Source: Acidobacteriota bacterium
Lineage (GTDB): Bacteria > Zixibacteria > MSB-5A5 > GN15 > FEB-12
Length of the DNA: 64,000 nucleotides
Reading direction: 5' to 3'
NCBI GenBank assembly: GCA_035529075.1
Contig: DATKXK010000010.1
Span: 165,401-229,400 of the forward strand
Part shown: one piece after another, positions 63,432-64,000 of the stretch
Position numbering within the stretch: position 1 is the first letter of the stretch
Layout of the letters: each line of letters opens with the position of its first letter
Made by a program: the position numbers and the translations under genes
The notes under the pieces: generated by a model
Seen by the model: only the letters and a program-made list of their open reading frames with translations
Databases searched by the model: none
What the model was told of the DNA's origin: nothing

Positions 63432-64000
63432 ACGCAGGATCCTTCTTGTCTCGTCGGAAGTCGCGCCGTTCGCGCGAACCGGCGGGCTGGGTGACGTGCT
63501 CGGGGCGCTGCCCCAGGCGCTTGCCAGACTGGGCCACGAGGTCAAAGTCTGCCTGCCGCGGTACGGCACGATGGATCCCGGCACGCGGCAGCTCCGGCCG
63601 CTTGACTGGACAACCACGATTTCCTTCGAGGGACGCCAGGTCAGGGCAGGCGCCGAGAGCTATCGCGATGCCCGGACCGGTCCGGAATACTTCTTCATCC
63701 GCGACGATCACTACTTCAACCGATCGGAACTCTACCGTAATCCTCGGACGGGCAAGGACTACGCCGACAACGACGAACGGTTTGCGTACTTCAACCGAGC
63801 CACGCTCGAACTGGTCAGACATCTGGAATTCAGACCGGATATCATTCACGTGCATGACTGGCAGGCGGCCCTGATACCTGCTTATCTGAAGACAGTCTAT
63901 GCCCGTGACCCGATCCTCGGCGGCGTACGGACCGTACTCACCGTTCATAACCTCGGTTACCAGGGGACGTTTGCCAGCGAGCGGTTCCCGTTGCTGGGTT
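63421..64000 (+). CDS. glgA: glycogen/starch synthase, N-terminal part (3' end outside the window)
   Basis: Not in the ORF track because no stop codon falls in the window. The ATG at 63421 overlaps the upstream stop by 11 nt. The product [49 protein letters not shown] is the canonical GlgA N-terminus (KTGGL variant RTGGL). Confidence 0.9.
   Translation, partial: [193 protein letters not shown]

Noticed and set aside
1-64000. Search for mobile elements, CRISPR arrays, rRNA/tRNA genes, reverse transcriptases (retron or DGR) and classical toxin-antitoxin pairs.
   Set aside because: I saw no transposase, integrase or RT motifs, no repeat-spacer arrays and no cloverleaf-compatible sequences in any intergenic region. 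Absence by eye is not proof, so tRNAscan, Infernal and ISfinder-type searches would settle it.

Overview
This window is a high-GC chromosomal segment, about 90% coding, with no rRNA, tRNA, CRISPR array, transposase or integrase that I could recognise. I read all motifs by eye and ran no database search. GC content was judged visually, not computed.

Two proteins end in the FPNPFN...GIYFY type C-terminal sorting domain of type IX secretion (T9SS) cargo. This suggests (inference) an FCB-superphylum-like or candidate-phylum organism.

Most of the window is recognisable housekeeping:
- sppA (partial), an HU/IHF gene, purE-purD.
- A Bacillus-like hrcA-grpE-dnaK-dnaJ-prmA-rsmE block.
- pilD, a sensor kinase, efp, and an RNase HIII-like gene.
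- An FMN riboswitch followed by ribD-ribE-ribBA-ribH-nusB.
- A DUF2723/GT4/flippase-like glycosylation trio.
- A ZIP transporter, a rhodanese and a DoxX/MauE-like protein.
- A complete minus-strand type IVa pilus cluster (pilB-pilC-pilA-pilin2-pilMN-pilO-pilP-like-pilQ).
- An Omp85-family protein, flavodoxin, DJ-1, and a galT-like/glgA pair.

I found no unambiguous novel system. The loci most worth follow-up are:
1. A minus-strand operon encoding a 683-aa four-repeat protein, a PorV/PorQ-like barrel and a T9SS-tagged M6 protease, with a divergent WYL regulator.
2. A near-consensus sigma-54 promoter plus enhancer-like palindrome, immediately downstream of an NtrC-type activator, in front of three secreted proteins of unknown function.
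3. A possible cohesin/dockerin pairing between a T9SS-anchored propeller/BACON protein and an HExxH protease.
4. A multi-GAF membrane protein ending in a histidine-less DHp domain with no ATPase domain.
5. A low-GC islet with a sigma-region-4-only protein, TAACT repeats and an orphan 60-aa ORF.
6. A 31-codon ultra-basic bS22-like ORF that falls below the ORF-track cutoff.
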